Shown piece after piece: positions 60,966-64,000 of a DNA stretch of 64,000 nt. The notes below the pieces were generated by a model. The model worked only from the letters and a program-made list of their open reading frames with translations. It did no database searches and had not been told where the DNA came from. Positions within the stretch are counted from its first letter, which is position 1; the number at the start of each line of letters is the position of its first letter. The stretch covers positions 5,780,375 through 5,844,374 of the forward strand of contig NC_090387.1 of assembly GCF_036365525.1 (NCBI RefSeq), given 5' to 3'. The position numbers and the translations under genes are program-made. This stretch comes from Heterodontus francisci (lineage: Eukaryota).

Positions 60966-61342
60966 TTAAATTTTCTCCAGTTTCTATATTTTCTTTGAGC
61001 AGGGCAAGGTAACCGGTCACTAAACAGTTACCTGTATTCAAGCTAGTGTACAGACACCCACGCAGAGACAGACAGACACCCACGCAGAGACAGGGTCGAT
61101 GGCTGTGACGACACTGTGACAGACGTACAGTCTGTTATTTAAGCTGATGTGTCACTGGCATCATTTACAACATCAAAAGGGATTCAGCCAGGCCGAGCTG
61201 AAATGACCTCGGCCGTTACAGAAAGTGAAACCTGGGAGCACGCCTGCTAAACGCTCCCGTCACGCAGTCACGATGCAGTTGCTATAAGAGGGATGTGTTC
61301 CCGGTGGATCTAGTGCGCCTCCCCTTCAGGTCGGGTCAGAGT

Positions 61343-61466
61343 TCAGGCGCTGTGCTTCTTGATGAAGTTGATCAGCCCATTCGTGGAGCTGTCGTGTGAG
61401 GTCACAGGGTCAGAGGTGGCCAGTTCTGGTTCGATCGCTTTGGCTAACTGCTTTCCCAGCTCCACT
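61343..61466 (-). CDS. GPI: GPI last coding exon: (G)[40 protein letters not shown]
   Basis: ttgcag acceptor on the minus strand; classic GPI C-terminus GVELGK...[13 protein letters not shown]; phase matches the preceding exon. Confidence 0.97.
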
Positions 61467-61609
61467 CTGCAATCAACCAGAGAACATCAGACACAGCAAC
61501 ACATGCCCATCCCTCAAAACCCACTCTTTCTATTCCTCTCCTTTCTCACCAGATTGTTAAATAGGACGACACATTGAGTAAACTTCCTTTGAAAATTAAT
61601 TCCCCAAAT

Positions 61610-62400
61610 TTCAGCTACACGGAGAGACTGGAGAAGCTGGAATTGTTCTCCTTAGAGCAGAGAAAGTTAAAAAGGAAGATTTTAATCGAGGTGTTCAAAA
61701 TAATGAGGGGTTTTGATAGAGTAAATAAGGAGAAACTGTTTCCAGTGGCTGGAGGGTCGGTAACCAGAGGGACACAGATTTAAACTAATTGGCAAAAGAA
61801 CTGGGGGAGGGGGTAAGAGAAGAGGATAAAAAAATTTACAGCGAATTGTTGTGATCTGGAACGCGCTGCCTGAAAGGGCAGTGGAAGCAGATTCAATAAT
61901 AACATTCAAAGGGGAATTGGAGAAATACTTGAAAAGGAAACATTTACATGTACATGGAGAAAGAGTGGAGGAGTGGGACTAACTGGAGAGCACGCTGAAA
62001 GAGCCAGCACAGACATGATGGGCTGAATGGCCTCCTCCTGTGTGATGGAACTTGTCTTGCATTTCCCTTAAGTTTTTGAAGGGTAATGGAATTGAAATAT
62101 TTAAAATGATAAAAGGAGTTGATAGGGTCGATGGAGAGAAACTATTTCCTCTGTTTGGGGGAGTCCAGAACAAGGGGCAGTATCTGAAAATTCGAGCCAG
62201 GCTGTTCAGGGGTGATGTCAGGAAGCACTTCTTCACACAAAAGGGCAGTGGAAATCTGGAACACAACTGGAAGTTGAGACAAAGATTGATTGATTTTTGT
62301 TGGGTTTGAGTATTAAATGAGATAAAAAGGCAGCAGATGGGATCAGCCATGATCTGAGTGAATGGTAGAACAAGCTGGAGGGGCTGAATGGTCTTTTCCT
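61610..62400 (+). mobile_element. Two degenerate CR1 3' fragments in the last GPI intron
   Basis: ERLEKLELFSLEQR...FKIMRGFDRV and FKMIKGVDRVDGEKLFPL motifs. Confidence 0.78.
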
Positions 62401-62514
62401 GTTCAATTGGAAAATAAAAAGGAATGATTGATGGTGATTTTTGTTATTAGCCTTTCCCCAGTCACAGCAACTCCTGTCACCAACTCCCCATCATACAACA
62501 GAACACAGCTCTCA

Positions 62515-62607
<93 letters not shown>

Positions 62608-63509
62608 TTAGAGTAAAGACTGTGCAATAGAGAATCCCTGAAACCCTCAACAGAAACCCCCCCCCCCCCCCCTCAACATCACCACTGACCCCCTAGACAA
62701 AGACCCCAATAGAGACCATACCCAACACCTGGTTTTGAGTGGTGAAAAAAGCTGGACTCTCACTACTTGGGGTCCTTACTGATTAAAACCCTCCTCACCC
62801 CACCCTGAGAGAGGGGTCATTATGTAATTACAGTGAGGGTCTGGAGTGGAACCAGACTGAATCAGACATCTGTCCCTCACCACCTCCCACATCATTAGCT
62901 GGACCTGGGACTTGGGCAGAGAGAAGGATAGAGCAGGGTTGGGGCTACAAATAGCTTTATACCCCTTGGCTGGGCAGAGAGAAGGAAATTAGCACTTTAT
63001 ATACAATAGTTCCCCAGGAAATTATACAGCGAGACTTCTCCGGACATGGGCGTCACTGGCCAGGCCAGCATTTGTTGCCCACCGCTGATTGTCCTTGAGA
63101 AGGTGGTGGTGAGCTGCCTTCTTGAACCGCTGCAGTCCATGTGGAGCGGGTACACCCACAGAGCTGTTAGGAAGGGAGTTCCAGGATTGGGACTTAGCCA
63201 CGGTGAAGGAACAACATTTGTACACAGCAAACCCCTATTCCCCCCGTCAAAGGCTCCACTCACCAATCAGAGCTCCCAGGATATATGGAGTCAGCTTCTT
63301 GAAGACAATGGAGTTGGTTGGTCGATTTCCCTCAAAGACCTGGGAGATAAATGGAGAAAGGGAGAAATTTAATCTCTGAGCGGGGGGGGGAGGGGAAGCC
63401 AAGGGATCAACAACCAATCACTCCCATAGTGACCTCAACTGGAAAGGGCACAGGTCGGGGGTCCTTCAGGGGTGGGGTGGAGAGGAATTCGGGAAGGGGA
63501 AGAGATACA

Positions 63510-64000
63510 AAAAAATTATCTGAAAGAATGCTGGCCTTTATTTCAAAGGGGTGGAAGTAATGCTTCAGTTGTATAAAGCTTTGGTCAGACCCCATCTGAA
63601 GTAACGGGGGTCGGTTCTGGCACTGCACCTCAAGGAGGATCTGTTAGCCTTACAGAGGAAGCCACACATATTCACCAGCATTATACCAGGGCCAAGAGGT
63701 TAAAATATCAGGACAGGCTGCATAGCCTGGGATTGTATTCCCTCGAGTATCGAAGATTAAGGGGTAATTGAATCGATATGTTTATGACGACTGTTGGGGG
63801 GAGTCCAGAACAAGGGGGCAGAACCCTAACATCCGAGCCAGGCTGTTCAGGGTGATGTCAGGAAGCACTTCTTCACACAAAGGGCAGTGGAATTCTGCAA
63901 CTCTCTCTTCCCCCAGAAAGCTGTCGAGGCTGAGGGTCAATTGGAAATTTCCAAACTGAGATTGATCGATTTTTTTTGCCAAGGGTATTAAAGAATACGG
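63510..64000 (+). mobile_element. Degenerate CR1 3' fragment
   Basis: ATGCTGGCCTTTATTTCAAAGGG...GTCAGACCCCATCTG...TTCTTCACACAAAGG. Confidence 0.72.

Overview
Vertebrate genomic DNA, very probably from a shark or other elasmobranch (the repeats resemble HE1/V-SINE, SacSINE1/DeuSINE and shark CR1 families as I recall them). Two genes converge. On the + strand are the last seven coding exons of WTIP (Ajuba-family triple-LIM protein; 12900-43322, C-terminus ...LHVTEL*) followed by a ~2.1 kb repeat-free 3' UTR; exon 1 is upstream of the window. On the - strand are the last two coding exons of GPI (glucose-6-phosphate isomerase; 62582-62516 and 61466-61343). The ORF track does not capture either gene. 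Most of the rest is transposon-derived: many nested CR1 LINEs, two Tx1-clade LINEs, L2 and RTE fragments, three SINE families, a hAT-type MITE, a solo LTR and a Penelope-like inverted repeat carrying hammerhead-like motifs. At least nine tandem arrays are present, several visibly born from inside transposons, plus a 173-N gap. The most notable points are a 33-bp minisatellite that recurs at the same position in three SINE copies and also appears as filler at an inversion junction, clustered CR1 5' truncation points, a 15x TEAD-motif array in a Hippo-pathway gene, and an 87-bp monomer array heading a nested insertion. All family assignments come from memory and need database confirmation. I found no novel protein-coding system.
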